64,000 nt of DNA, from NCBI GenBank assembly GCA_963841435.1, contig CAWJCS010000005.1, positions 320,001-384,000 of the forward strand. The letters run 5' to 3'. Within the stretch, counting starts at the first letter, position 1. Each line of letters begins with the position of its first letter. The notes beneath the pieces are model-generated. The model was given only the letters and a program-made list of their open reading frames with translations. It had not been told where the DNA came from and did not search any database. Positions 44,400-55,091 of the stretch are shown piece by piece. Made by a program: the position numbers and the translations under genes. The DNA is from an uncultured delta proteobacterium (GTDB lineage Bacteria; Myxococcota_A; Polyangia; Polyangiales; Polyangiaceae).

Positions 44400-45166
44400 T
44401 GAAGCTCTCCTGACACGGGAGTTTCGTTCCAGCGCGACCAAGTTGGTTTCGTCGAGCCAAGCGCTCCGGCAAGCCGAACGCCATCGCTGCGCAAGACTGC
44501 GCGAATTGCGTCAACCGCTTCGGAAGTCTTCAGGGTACGCGTCGAGGGCGCGGCGGCAAGCCGCGTAGCACGTTGAAATGAGAAGCCATCGAATCGCGGG
44601 CTCTGGAAAAGCGCCTCGCTCCCAAACTTTGGGCCCAATACGCCGATCGACACGACAGCGCGACCCTCGTCGCCGATCAGCATGTCTTCCCCATCTACGG
44701 ACTCAATCGAGAACCCGTAGCCAGGCACGATGGGTGACCAGAATGCCGACTTGTTCGTCAGCAGCAACAAGCAGCGTTGACCTTCGGCAAAGACGGGTGT
44801 TTCGGAGGTCGTCATGAACTGGCCGCTAGGCAAGTACCCGCCGAACACCGACAGCGTGAGCTGGCTTGCAGGGATCGAGCCCTCATGGAGCTTGTCGACG
44901 AAGAAGTGGACGTTGGTCCGCGGCCCGGTAACGTCGTCGTAGGAAAACGTGATCGTCCCTACCGTTCCTTCGACCAGCGCGGCGCCATCGACCAATTGGC
45001 GCCCCGCCGGGCTGATTGACGTTGGAATCGCGACGGCCGAGCCGTTGAACGCTGCCTTCGCATCCCGGCTGGCCAGCGATGGCAAGCCCACAGCCGCGAA
45101 GCCAACAAAAGTAGCCCCGAGCGCGCCCAATGTGGCGCCGGTTTTCCCCAGTTTACCCATACCCAT
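44396..45166 (-). CDS. Hypothetical secreted protein coupled to the protease
   Basis: GGGAGG RBS, signal peptide, ATGA overlap. Confidence 0.7.
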   Translation of the reverse strand: MGMGKLGKTGATLGALGATFVGFAAVGLPSLASRDAKAAFNGSAVAIPTSISPAGRQLVDGAALVEGTVGTITFSYDDVTGPRTNVHFFVDKLHEGSIPASQLTLSVFGGYLPSGQFMTTSETPVFAEGQRCLLLLTNKSAFWSPIVPGYGFSIESVDGEDMLIGDEGRAVVSIGVLGPKFGSEALFQSPRFDGFSFQRATRLAAAPSTRTLKTSEAVDAIRAVLRSDGVRLAGALGSTKPTWSRWNETPVSGELQ

Positions 45167-45539
45167 GCTGCACCTCCCGCAGTTAGCTCTTTAGTTACGT
45201 CAAACCATGTTCGTCGTCAAGTGCTGAGTTCACGGGGACCAGCAAGTCATTGCGCAGCCCCTCACGAAAGTCTACCCCAGGATTCGTTGGGCAATTGCGA
45301 CGCTCGCCTCGCACGAGACAAGCGCAGTCCAACAGATGGCGTGGATGCCGCTAACCAATTGTGTCGAAACGGCCCACGGCGCTGGCAGGGCAGCGGAGTG
45401 AATCCGCGGTCCTTGCGCGGCGTGTGCCTGTCGTGGCTGAAAAGTGATCGCGCCGGCGCCAAGGTGAAACGAACTGGGAAATTCGTGCTGAGGGACGGCA
45501 GCGAGCCGGGGTAGGGACTCAACTCGAAACCGGGCCCAA

Positions 45540-47372
45540 GGGGTAGCCGGGCCGAATGGCCGCGTGATCACGCTGGGCACGTCTCTGGCCAGCGGACTTC
45601 GCCGTGGGACACCCGGCGCACAGTTTTGGCGACGCTCGACCCCACGTTCGAGCCGATGGCTACGCGCGGCGCCGGCCGGAGGAGAATGCGCTCTACCAGA
45701 CGGTTGCCCAGAGCTGGCCCGCGTTTCACGACCGCGTTCAGGACACTGGCGGCCTGCCGAAGTTCATCGTCAGGGAGTTCGAGGAGTATCTCAAGTGCGG
45801 GATCCTCGAGCACGGCGGCCTCCACCTCGTGTGCCGGAGCTGTGGCTACTCCGAAGTCGTGGCACTCAGCTGCAAGAAGCGCGGTTTTTGCCCGTCCTGC
45901 TTGGGCCGGCGCACGGCCGACACGGCCGTGCACCTGGAAGAGCGAGTGCTGCCGGCCGTGCCCATCCGGCATTGGATCTGCTCTTTGCCTTGGGGCCTCC
46001 GGGCCCTCGCGGGCTACGACCGGCGCTTGTGCGCGCTCATCGCGAGCGCCTTTGTCGGCGAGCTCAGCCGCTCACTCAAGAGGCGAGCGAAGAAGGAGCT
46101 CCGGCTGCCGAGCATCGCCGACGCGCATCCAGGTGCCGTCGCTGCCGTGCAGCGCACTGACGGCGCGCTCCGACTCAACGTGCACTTGCACGTGCTCGCG
46201 CTCGACGGCGTGTACGTGCGTCACCAAGGGAGCGGCGAGCTTCGTTTCCACGCGCTCCTCACGCCGACCCGAGCGGACGTCGAGGACGTGGCGCGCCGGA
46301 CGGCAGCTCGCATCGAGAAGATCCTCCGAGCGAGTGGGCGCACCTTCGGTCCTGAAGAGGACGACGCTCCGCCGCCGGAGCTGACGCTCGATGAGCCCGG
46401 GCTCGCCGCTTGCTACGCCGCTGCCGCGCAGGGCATTTCGGTCAGCGGCGACCGAGCGGGCCTGCCCACGCTCAGACTCGTCTTGCCGCCCGAGCGGCCA
46501 CCTCGCGGCGCTGACACCGGCCCTCTCGCTGATGAGCCCGTCGCCGAGGTGCGCGGCATCAACGTGCACGCTCGGCAACTCGTCGACGGCCGCGATCGGC
46601 GACAACTCGAGCGGCTGTGCCGCTACATCACGCGGCCTCCCGTTGCGCAGGAGCGCCTCGAGCGGCTCGCCGACGGCCGGCTCGAGCGCAGGCTCAAGCA
46701 CGCGTGGAAGGACGGCACGCGCGCCCTCGTCCTCGAGCCCGACGACTTGATGGTCCGGCTAGTCGCCGCGGTGCCCCCGCCGTATTTTCATTTACTGCGG
46801 TATTTTGGCGTCCTTTCGAGCCACTCGCGCTTGCGCAAAGAGGTCGTCCCGCTTCCGCCTCACGACCCGGGCGCCACCGCGCCGCCGCCGGCACCCGGCG
46901 ATCAGCTCGAGCTCGAACTCGACGCCGAGAGCGACGAGCCTCCGGCCGGACGCAAGCGCTGGGCCTGGCTGCTCAGGCATGTGTTTGCGGCCGACCTGGA
47001 TACTTGCCCCCGCTGCTCGGGACCGATGCGCTGGCTGCAGGCTGCCTCCACCCAGGAAGATGCCCGCCACCTGCTCGCCCGGCTCGGGCTCGCGCCTCGC
47101 CCTCCGCCGACTCCGCCACCGCGTCCGCGAGGTCAGCTCGAGCTGCCGCTCGTTCGGTGAGTCGCTATGCCCACCGAACGCCGCGGGCGTGTGCGCTGCG
47201 TTCGGCTACCAGCCGCAGAAGCCGGGTTCATCGACGATGCGTGCACTTTTCCCACGCGAACCTCACCGCCCTGGGCCCCGCCTCCTCTAACGACCGCTTC
47301 GCCCGCCCAACGGCCCCGCCGTTTTCCCGCCCAACGGCCCCGCCGTTTTCCCGGTTCGATTTTCCTTCGCGC
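45540..47372 (+). mobile_element. IS91/ISCR-like element; left end approximate
   Basis: Transposase plus a shared right end TTCGATTTTCCTTCGCGC resembling the IS91 oriIS; 24-bp tandem duplication at 47304-47351. Confidence 0.75.
45604..47160 (+). CDS. IS91-family rolling-circle (HUH, Y2) transposase
   Basis: Zn motif EFEEYLKCGIL...SCKKRGFCPSC, HUH NVHLHVLALDG, LCRYITRPP, LLRYFGV. Confidence 0.92.
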   Translation: MGHPAHSFGDARPHVRADGYARRRPEENALYQTVAQSWPAFHDRVQDTGGLPKFIVREFEEYLKCGILEHGGLHLVCRSCGYSEVVALSCKKRGFCPSCLGRRTADTAVHLEERVLPAVPIRHWICSLPWGLRALAGYDRRLCALIASAFVGELSRSLKRRAKKELRLPSIADAHPGAVAAVQRTDGALRLNVHLHVLALDGVYVRHQGSGELRFHALLTPTRADVEDVARRTAARIEKILRASGRTFGPEEDDAPPPELTLDEPGLAACYAAAAQGISVSGDRAGLPTLRLVLPPERPPRGADTGPLADEPVAEVRGINVHARQLVDGRDRRQLERLCRYITRPPVAQERLERLADGRLERRLKHAWKDGTRALVLEPDDLMVRLVAAVPPPYFHLLRYFGVLSSHSRLRKEVVPLPPHDPGATAPPPAPGDQLELELDAESDEPPAGRKRWAWLLRHVFAADLDTCPRCSGPMRWLQAASTQEDARHLLARLGLAPRPPPTPPPRPRGQLELPLVR

Positions 47373-48336
47373 GCAAACTGCCGGTCCGTCGTTCCGCTTC
47401 TGCCTCCTCCCTGCGTTCTCCGGTAGCGCCCCCCTCCGGCACCTCCAACTCAGCTCGCTCCGCCCAGCTTCTTCGCAGTTCGAATGCCCTTGGCGCTCGA
47501 CGTACATGGCGAGGCGTTCCCCGTGCGGGAGCCCGACCTCCAAGGGCTCGAGAACTTCATGTTCCAGCTCGACGCCCCGTATACGAAGAGCGTGACGAAG
47601 ACCGGTGGCGTCGAGATCGAAGCGCGAGGCCGGTCGGCAGTCGTGCTCGGGGAGTGGCTTGATGGCTTCCTTTCATCAGCAGACGAATGACAGAGGAATC
47701 TGGGCCGCCGTCCGGGCAAGCGCGATCGGCCGATTGGGCAGGCCGCTCTTGCTTGCCTACGCCGTGCTCCTCGTTGTCGGGATCGCGGCTGTCCTGGGCT
47801 GTGTGGCTTGGATGTTCCTGGGGGCGGGATGACCGACTCCGGACGGGGAGCGGGCATTCTGTTCGCGTCAGAAGGAGCTGTGAATATGGACCGTCGTTAC
47901 TTTGGCTGTGCCCCTCGCGGGGGCGATCGCAGTAGTCTCCCAAGACACGGACGCGCCGGCTGCGATGAGCGACGTCCCGACGAGCTGACCGATCCCGTCT
48001 AGGGCGAGCCCCCAGTGCGGCCGGACACCACGCACAAGGGCACCGAAGGGACCCACCACCGGAACGGCACACCACTCGCGCCCGTCGGAGAATCCCTTGC
48101 GCAGGGGAAGGCTGAGCGCGAGCCCGTAGGTCAAGCCCAGAATCAGGATGCCACCAACGCGCGCACGGGAGAGCCCGCTGGAGCGAGAAGCCGCGGGTGG
48201 ATGTACCGGAAGCGCCTGGGCAGCGTTGTGTTCTTCTGCCGCCGCCCGAGTGGACACAGCCATCATGACTAGCAAGACAGAAAGTGAAAGCGCCCACCCC
48301 CGCGCCAACCGGGCTGTCAGCGGCGGAAGGTCCACC

Positions 48337-48960
48337 CTAGGTCGTGCATTCGACCACCGCAACGCAGGTATTCCCTCCAATCTTGCAGGTGGCTGCCCCA
48401 GGAGCCCCGCAAGCGCAGGCGCACGCTTCCTCAATGGTCGTGAAACACGCGTGGGCCCAGGGCAAGCTGAATGGGCAGCTCTCGCATGATGGTGCGTCAT
48501 CGACCCGCGCGCCGGAACACTCCGCGCAGATCTCGACGCACTGCTCATGGTTGCTCGTGTAGCAGACGCACTCGCTGAGACAAGTGCCGCACGATCCACA
48601 GTCTGTGCCACCTCCGCAGCTACTCGGTAGGCCCGCGTCTAGGGGGGCTACAAGGTCGCACCGACACGGCTCGAACGACCCTTGGGGCGTGCAAACTTGC
48701 TGCCCGAACCCGCCGCCAGGACAACGGCAGTCGGCGACATCCCCCTCGGCGCACTCGGGCGATTCGACGGCTCCAGCGGAGCCACCGTTGGGCGACCCCG
48801 CTGCACCTGGCGAAGTGCCGTCGGCCCCGGCCGCCGCAGTGCGCCGTGTATCGGAACGCCCGCTACATCCAAGCGCGGCGCTGGCAGCGAGGATCGCACC
48901 CGCTGCCCAGACCTCAACTTGAACTTTGGTCAATGTCCTCGATGGACCCGCATACCACAC
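48337..48960 (-). CDS. Cys-rich lipoprotein
   Basis: ALGC lipobox, many Cys. Confidence 0.6.
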   Translation of the reverse strand: MWYAGPSRTLTKVQVEVWAAGAILAASAALGCSGRSDTRRTAAAGADGTSPGAAGSPNGGSAGAVESPECAEGDVADCRCPGGGFGQQVCTPQGSFEPCRCDLVAPLDAGLPSSCGGGTDCGSCGTCLSECVCYTSNHEQCVEICAECSGARVDDAPSCESCPFSLPWAHACFTTIEEACACACGAPGAATCKIGGNTCVAVVECTT

Positions 48961-48980
48961 GCTGTGCCTCGACGAGACGC

Positions 48981-49322
48981 CTACTCCGCCACGCCTTGGT
49001 CCTCTACGAAGCCACCGTTCCCGTTTCCGTCGCCCGTGGGACCCTCCCGGAGGTCTTCGTCGGTGAGTCGGCCCTCCTCCAGGTCCATCGCATCGGTGCG
49101 CACGGCCCCTTCGCCGTCCGCCTGTTGCGGAGCCGGCAACGCGGCAAGGTCTTCCGCCCGGGTCGGTCTGCCCGCGGTCCCATCATCCCGGAACCGACCG
49201 GACTTCTGCACGGCCGTTGCGTACGCGATTGCGGTGGTGCTCACCAACGCAGCCGCCACAACCACGCAAACCGCTTTCCAGCGCCCACTGTGAACTGGAG
49301 TACTTCTGCGCTTGCTCCACAT
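48981..49322 (-). CDS. Hypothetical exported acidic protein
   Basis: Signal-like AVCVVVAAALVSTTAIAYA; directly downstream of 49331-50245. Confidence 0.4.
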   Translation of the reverse strand: MWSKRRSTPVHSGRWKAVCVVVAAALVSTTAIAYATAVQKSGRFRDDGTAGRPTRAEDLAALPAPQQADGEGAVRTDAMDLEEGRLTDEDLREGPTGDGNGNGGFVEDQGVAE

Positions 49323-49330
49323 GAAAAGCC

Positions 49331-50245
49331 TCACTTGTTCCATTGGTTGTACCAAAAGCACTTCCCCTGGCCCTTGACGCCCGAACCGGAGCCGCCCTGG
49401 GTTGACTTCGCGTACCACTGATACCGATTGCCCGATGCCACCTGATATATCCGCACCGACTCCCCGGCGCCGGCAAACCTGCCGAAGATCCGCGTGAAGA
49501 AACACACTGCCTCATCAGAATAGATGCCAAGAGGAAGCGTATAGTTCCCCTGAACCCAGAAGTCCGAGCCGGTGAAGAGAGCGAGCTGGCCGCTGCTCGG
49601 AGTTCCGACGAACAGGGAAACGGCGCGACCAGTGATGAACCGGCCAAGGCCGTCGTGGTAGCAGTCCGCCGCATGAATGGCGGAGGCGCTGAACGCGTTG
49701 TTGGATTGCACGACCTGCGTATTCTCCCCGGAGCCGTTCGTCCCACCGGGGCCCGGCCACCACCGCAGCACCGTCGCGGCGTCGCCCCACCAGGCGGTGT
49801 AGTTGGTATCCGTGTCGCACGACCCATTCGCGGTCGCGATTGCGCTTATGTTGTGAGTCGAAATCCAGACTTCATCGTTCACGCCATCACCAGTGAAACA
49901 GGAACGGGCAACGCACCGTGCCTGCGCGACCCCGGCGCCTGAGTAGGCACGATTCACGACCCACCAATAGCCATCGGACTGAACCTCGACACCCAGGCCC
50001 GTGTCGTACCAAGAGTCAGGCTGCTCACCGTCGAAATTCCCAGATGCCATGGTCAGCCAGCAGAAGTGTGTGTCCAGAGGCTTCATCTTCTTGGGCAACC
50101 CCGCCTCATAGATGGTCTGCGTGGCCGTGATGCATGACGAAGGGAGCGCCTCCCGCGTTTGCGCAACGGACTCCTCGTTTCCAGGGTCAACGGCGCACCC
50201 GGAGAGCACCGCCGCGGCGACAATCCAGCCGTGTTCGAGCTTCAT
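49331..50245 (-). CDS. Secreted lipoprotein with internal repeats
   Basis: AGGAGGAGG RBS, VLSGC lipobox; repeats CWLTMASGNFDGE and CFFTRIFGRFAGAGE. Confidence 0.75.
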   Translation of the reverse strand: MKLEHGWIVAAAVLSGCAVDPGNEESVAQTREALPSSCITATQTIYEAGLPKKMKPLDTHFCWLTMASGNFDGEQPDSWYDTGLGVEVQSDGYWWVVNRAYSGAGVAQARCVARSCFTGDGVNDEVWISTHNISAIATANGSCDTDTNYTAWWGDAATVLRWWPGPGGTNGSGENTQVVQSNNAFSASAIHAADCYHDGLGRFITGRAVSLFVGTPSSGQLALFTGSDFWVQGNYTLPLGIYSDEAVCFFTRIFGRFAGAGESVRIYQVASGNRYQWYAKSTQGGSGSGVKGQGKCFWYNQWNK

Positions 50246-50518
50246 CTCATACCTCCTCCTGCCTGCCGGCACATGGCCTCAGGGTCTCGGGGAGTCTACT
50301 CAGCGTGCGATGGTCCGTCTGTTGGAAACGGGTGCGGCTCTTCCGCCAGCAGAAACCAGAGCAAATCCGGACCACTGAGCACCCAGTCCGATTCGATCGG
50401 GCGCCGTGGTCGGCGGCGTGCTGGTGGTGTCGGGTCTCACGGCGTTGCTCCAGCTCTAAGGGGGCGCGGTCCCGATACGCTCGAACACCCCGTCACCCTT
50501 GGTCACGAGGACGACGTC

Positions 50519-50832
50519 CCCAGGAAGATGCCCGCCACCTGCTCGCCCGGCTCGGGCTCGCGCCTCGCCCTCCGCCGACTCCGCCACCGCGTCCGCGAGG
50601 TCAGCTCGAGCTGCCGCTCGTTCGGTGAGTCGCTATGCCCACCGAACGCCGCGGGCGTGTGCGCTGCGTTCGGCTACCAGCCGCAGAGGCCGGGTTCATC
50701 GACGATGCGTGCACTTTTCCCACGCGAACCTCACCGCCCTGGGCCCCGCCTCACCGCTTCGCCCGCCCAACGGCCCCGCCGTTTTCCCGCCCAACGGCCC
50801 CGCCGTTTTCCCAGTTCGATTTTCCTTCGCGC
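50519..50832 (+). mobile_element. Third copy of the IS91-like 3' (oriIS-side) end
   Basis: Matches 47051-47372 apart from a small deletion. Confidence 0.9.
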
Positions 50833-51118
50833 CGCCCGGCGCCCGAACGCATTCTTACCTTCCGCACGGTCATGTCTTGAGCGCGATGTCTCGAAGTCGG
50901 CTGGCGAGGTCGTCGCGATACTGCTCGAACTCGGTTCGAGTCAGCGGCTTCAGCATCTCCTTCCGCGCAACCCGGGGCGAAGCATGGGGGCGCGGCCGCT
51001 GTTCCGGTACCGGCGTCGAACTTTCCAAGCAGGGGTGCTGGCTCGGTCGATGGGTTCATGCGAAACTGCCGACTACACCTCTGCTCATGGCGTTTGTCCT
51101 CCCGCACCGGCCAAGTCG

Positions 51119-51925
51119 ATGAACGTGAACGGAACCATACTCTTGACGCGCAAGGCGCTCGTGACCCGAAAGTTCGGTGCAGAGGCATGGCATGGGCTAT
51201 TTCGGGACACGGCCCTCAACCACCACTGCTTCCGCCGGCCGATCACCGGGAACAGCAACGTTCCGCTCGGCGATTTCCTCGCGTTCCACGACGAGCTCGT
51301 TCGGCGCTTCTACCCTGACGGCAAGCAGGGGCTGCTGGAGCTCGGCGCAGAGGCAGCGCGCTGGGTCCACGTTGACGGTCCGCTCAAGCACTACATCGCG
51401 GACCCTGACATCAATTCGTTGCTGGGGACCATGTTAACGCTTTGGCAGCAGTACTTTCCAGACGCCGGCGTTCGCTGCGAGGCGAGCCTCAGCGATGGCG
51501 GGCTGGAATACAGAGTTTACGATCTTCCAGCGTGGCACCCGTACTTCGAGCACCTCGTGGTCGGCTACCAAAAAGCGCTGCTGGAAATCTACTGCGCGAA
51601 CCCGGTCTCGACTCATCGCCTGACCGGGGGACGCGGGCGGGCCTATGGCTACTTGCTCGCGACGGATCCGCTGGCGGGCGCCGCGGTTTCCGAGCCCGGA
51701 GTCCGGAAACCGCGCCAGCTGCGAACACCGAAACGCATTACCGAGCGCGAGCTGGAAGTCTTGCGGTTCGTCGGCACCGGGAAGACCAACCGCGAGATCG
51801 CGTTCCTGCTCGGCATTTCCGAGAAGACCGTCGAGCACCACGTTACTCACGCCTACGACAAGCTCGGCCTCTACAGCCGCGTCGGGGCGGCGTCCTGGTT
51901 GGCAGAGCAAGGGCTCGCTGACTGA
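51119..51925 (+). CDS. LuxR-family regulator with an uncharacterised N-terminal domain
   Basis: ITERELEVL...GKTNREIAFLLGISEKTVEHHVTHAYDKLG. Confidence 0.85.
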   Translation: MNVNGTILLTRKALVTRKFGAEAWHGLFRDTALNHHCFRRPITGNSNVPLGDFLAFHDELVRRFYPDGKQGLLELGAEAARWVHVDGPLKHYIADPDINSLLGTMLTLWQQYFPDAGVRCEASLSDGGLEYRVYDLPAWHPYFEHLVVGYQKALLEIYCANPVSTHRLTGGRGRAYGYLLATDPLAGAAVSEPGVRKPRQLRTPKRITERELEVLRFVGTGKTNREIAFLLGISEKTVEHHVTHAYDKLGLYSRVGAASWLAEQGLAD

Positions 51926-51991
51926 AAGAGCGTCCGCCCGGCGTGGCGGCCCGTCGCCCGTTCTAAAACTGCTTGAAGGCGTCAACGACCA

Positions 51992-53088
51992 TCACTGAGC
52001 GATGCAGTGCTCCTGCATCACCGCCCAAACTGCTTGTCCCACCGCGTTGCCACCCTCGGTGGTCGGATGAATGCCATCTCCCTGCATGTACTCCGGATAG
52101 TGCCCTTCGAAGACGGGCCGGAGGTCGATGAAGTGGCACTGGGGTGCGGTCAGCCCGTCGCAGAGGGCTTTCATTTGCGGGCGTTCCTCGTCGAGGCACT
52201 TCCGAAGGGAAGTGCCCGCTCCGTAGCTGCCCTGCGTGTCGGGATAGAAGAAGTACACGACGTGCTCGGTGTCGTTCTCCGCCATGGTCTGGAAAAGCGA
52301 GGTTCCCGCGGTCACGGCTGCGTCCGGGTTGTTGTTCAGCAGGCAGTCGTTCCCGCCACCATTCATCAGCACCACTTTGATCGGACCCTGGTTGACGGCG
52401 CCCGTGTACTGGCTGGGGATCTGATTGTTGGCGAGCGTCGTGCCGCTTACAGACTTGTCTTGATAGTTTTCGTTTTGCTCGAGCGCCCCGGCAGCGCGAG
52501 CCAATCTCTCGACCTCGTTCGTGATCGCATGATTGATCGCGATGAACGAGTCGCCAATGACGAGCACCTCGTTACCCGCGACCAGACCCTTTTGACACGT
52601 TCCGCTCCCACCTGCCGCGCCGCCCGTCCCGCCGGAGCCGGAGGTCGCGCCCGAAGTGCCGCCGCCCGACGCGCCACCGGCTGGCATTCCGCCCGCCGGA
52701 GCACCTGCTCCGCCTTGGGAAGCTCCGCCGCCTTGGATCCCCCCGACGCGGAGGCGCCGCCAATACTGCCGCCTTGGCCTCCGGTGGCCGCGCCCGAGAC
52801 ACCTCCAGAGGTGGTACCTGCACTCCCGGAACCTCCTCCCTTACCGGCGGCTGAACTACCAGCGGCTGAACCACCGACGCCGACTGAGCCTCCCGCTCCC
52901 GCGGACCCGCCGGAATGGGTACCGGCGCTCGCATTGCCAGCACCGCTCCCGATGCCGGCGGATGCGCCTCCTGTCCCCGCCGAACCCGCGGTGCTCGCTC
53001 CTCCGCTTCCACCAGTTCCCGGGGGCTGATTGTCGCCACTGCAGGCCGAAGTGGTGAGCATCACCACGGCAGCGATAACGCGTTTCAT
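51992..53088 (-). CDS. SGNH/GDSL hydrolase lipoprotein with Gly linker; frameshift near 52700
   Basis: TSAC lipobox; IGDSF, GGGND and DGIHP blocks. Confidence 0.85.
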
Positions 53089-53555
53089 GTTGGCTCCTGA
53101 TGGGTACATCGGCATTGTGTGGTCGCGAGCCGCCCTGCGCGCCGGACCTACAGTGAGTCTGTACCCGCGCGCAGGATTCCCGGCATGGGGGAAGGTCCCT
53201 ACCGATGGCATCCACCGGCCCGCGTCCTCAGCGCGTCAGCCTCCCCTGGCCCGGGCGCAGCCTTGCTCGCCCAAAAGGTCGTCGATCCGCGCGCTGGATC
53301 AGAAAAGTGAAACGCTTCGGGACGTCTCAGGCGGATCGACTGACGCTGAGCTGGGGAGATCCCCCTATTGCAGAAGATATGTCTTCTTTCGGAGGACTCT
53401 ACCGCTCGGCCCGTTACCAACCCGTTGCAACCACCAAGCGATCTTCGAGTGCCTTCCCGTGCCGTCAGCGGCCACCCTCCTTGGCCGGGTGCGCGCGACC
53501 GGCGACAAGCTCTCCGTGAGCTGACATCGCGGCCACGCGAGGGTAGACTTGGGAG

Positions 53556-53858
53556 ATGCTTCCGCCCACGAGCTCCAAGCTTCTGGATCCGAACGCGGTG
53601 CCATACTTCTTGTGGGACGACCACATGACCGTAGCGCGGGCGCGGGCCATCCTTTCGGCCTCCGAAACACGACCCCGCGACGAGCTTATCGCTCGCATTC
53701 TACGCGAAGCGAACACGCGAGACGTGTGGGTCTTTTTGGATTGGAGCATGATCGACGAAGCATGGCCCCGCATTGAAATGCGCCTCGGTCGCGCCCGCGG
53801 GATGTGGACTCTGCTGCGGTCGCGTCACCTCGAGAATGTCCGTGTCCCGGCTGCCTAG
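53556..53858 (+). CDS. Putative antitoxin partner of the AbiEii-like gene
   Basis: 100 aa with PYFLWD...IARIL, overlapping the downstream nucleotidyltransferase gene. Confidence 0.65.
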   Translation: MLPPTSSKLLDPNAVPYFLWDDHMTVARARAILSASETRPRDELIARILREANTRDVWVFLDWSMIDEAWPRIEMRLGRARGMWTLLRSRHLENVRVPAA

Positions 53859-54483
53859 CCTCGTCGAACAGTTGGTGCTCGCTGCTCAGGCCGCGTGCCC
53901 GGATCTGCGGCTTGCCGGTGGCGCGGGACTGGCGCTGCTCCTTGAGCATAGGCGTTCGGACGATATCGACTTGTTCTGTTCGAACTCGGAGGACGTGGAG
54001 ATCGTTGCCCAGACGCTGGAAGCCGAAGCTCGCGCGCGAGGGGCGACGCTCGCTCGCGTGCGAAAGGGGCCCACCTTCGTCCGCTTTGAGGGCTACGGAG
54101 AGGGCGCGCCGCTTCGCGTCAACGTTGCCCAAGACGCTGCGCCCCGCATCACTGCCGGTGCCGTCGTGGTTGGGGGCATCAAAGTCGAGTCGCTCCAAGA
54201 TCAGCGCGCGAACAAGCTCTCGGCCGTTCTTGGCCGGTCGGCTCTCCGTGATCTCGTCGACCTTTACTTTCTTTCGAAGGCCGGCTGGCCGCCGCTCGAC
54301 GGGCTGTCCGAGGCAGCTACGAAGGAGGGTGGCATGGATCCGGGCTGGCTTGCTTGGGCGCTATCGCAGATCGAAATCACGCCACTTCCAGGCATGATCG
54401 TCGAACTCGACAGCGACGACCTGCGACAATTCCGCGACGATTTGGTGGGCAAGCTCCTCGACGCTGCGGGAGCACGAGTCTGA
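53836..54483 (+). CDS. AbiEii/AbiGii-family nucleotidyltransferase (type IV TA toxin-like)
   Basis: LAGGAGLAL...HRRSDDIDLF and NKLSAVLGR...RDLVDLY. Confidence 0.85.
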   Translation: MSVSRLPSLVEQLVLAAQAACPDLRLAGGAGLALLLEHRRSDDIDLFCSNSEDVEIVAQTLEAEARARGATLARVRKGPTFVRFEGYGEGAPLRVNVAQDAAPRITAGAVVVGGIKVESLQDQRANKLSAVLGRSALRDLVDLYFLSKAGWPPLDGLSEAATKEGGMDPGWLAWALSQIEITPLPGMIVELDSDDLRQFRDDLVGKLLDAAGARV

Positions 54484-54929
54484 GCTCGACGCTGCGATGG
54501 TGCGCGCATGTGGTGCTCGCAAGGAACGGCGGACACAAACTCCACCGCTCTTCCGCTGAGCTACGGGCGCGGAACTTCGAGTTCGCACGACATTTGGCAC
54601 AGTAGCGGGGGTGGTTCAAACGTGGGCGAGCGACGCCCCGTGGTTCTCGCGGCGGCGAGCCGCGAAGGGGCGGAAAATCGCGTGGGGAAGTGGCTCGCAC
54701 CCGGGCACAGCGTCGTGCTGCCGTCGCCGGTTCGGCTACGACGACCGAACGTCTCCTCCGACGTGATCAAGTTCTTTCGTTTCCGGGATCAGGTCCGCCT
54801 AGCGTCGGAGGGCAGTCGCGGGGACTTGTTTTTTGAGCGCTCCTTAGCGGGTGATCACGGGTCGACGTGTGTTGCGTACGAGCGTTGCACCGGCACACGC
54901 CCGTGGGCGCGTTCGACAGCGGCAGTGCG

Positions 54930-55091
54930 CTACCGGGCGGCGGGGAGATGGGGGAGCTGATTCGCGCGCTCGATTGGTCGCGTACGCCGATTGGCGCCGT
55001 CGAGACCTGGTCGCCGGCGTTGAAGATGATGGTGCGGTTCCTGCTGGCGAATCGCTTCCCGATGCTCCTCTGGTGGGGACCGCGGGGATGA
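54930..55091 (+). pseudogene. N-terminal remnant of a PAS sensor histidine kinase
   Basis: GGGEMGELIRALDWSRTPIGAVETWS...FPMLLWWGP, then stop. Confidence 0.7.

Noticed and set aside
47373-48300. Short ORFs right of the full IS
   Set aside because: No recognisable motifs or convincing starts; probably fragments, so not annotated.
50159-51118. Long N-terminal extension of the LuxR protein
   Set aside because: The ORF reads through an IS remnant; the plausible start is 51119.
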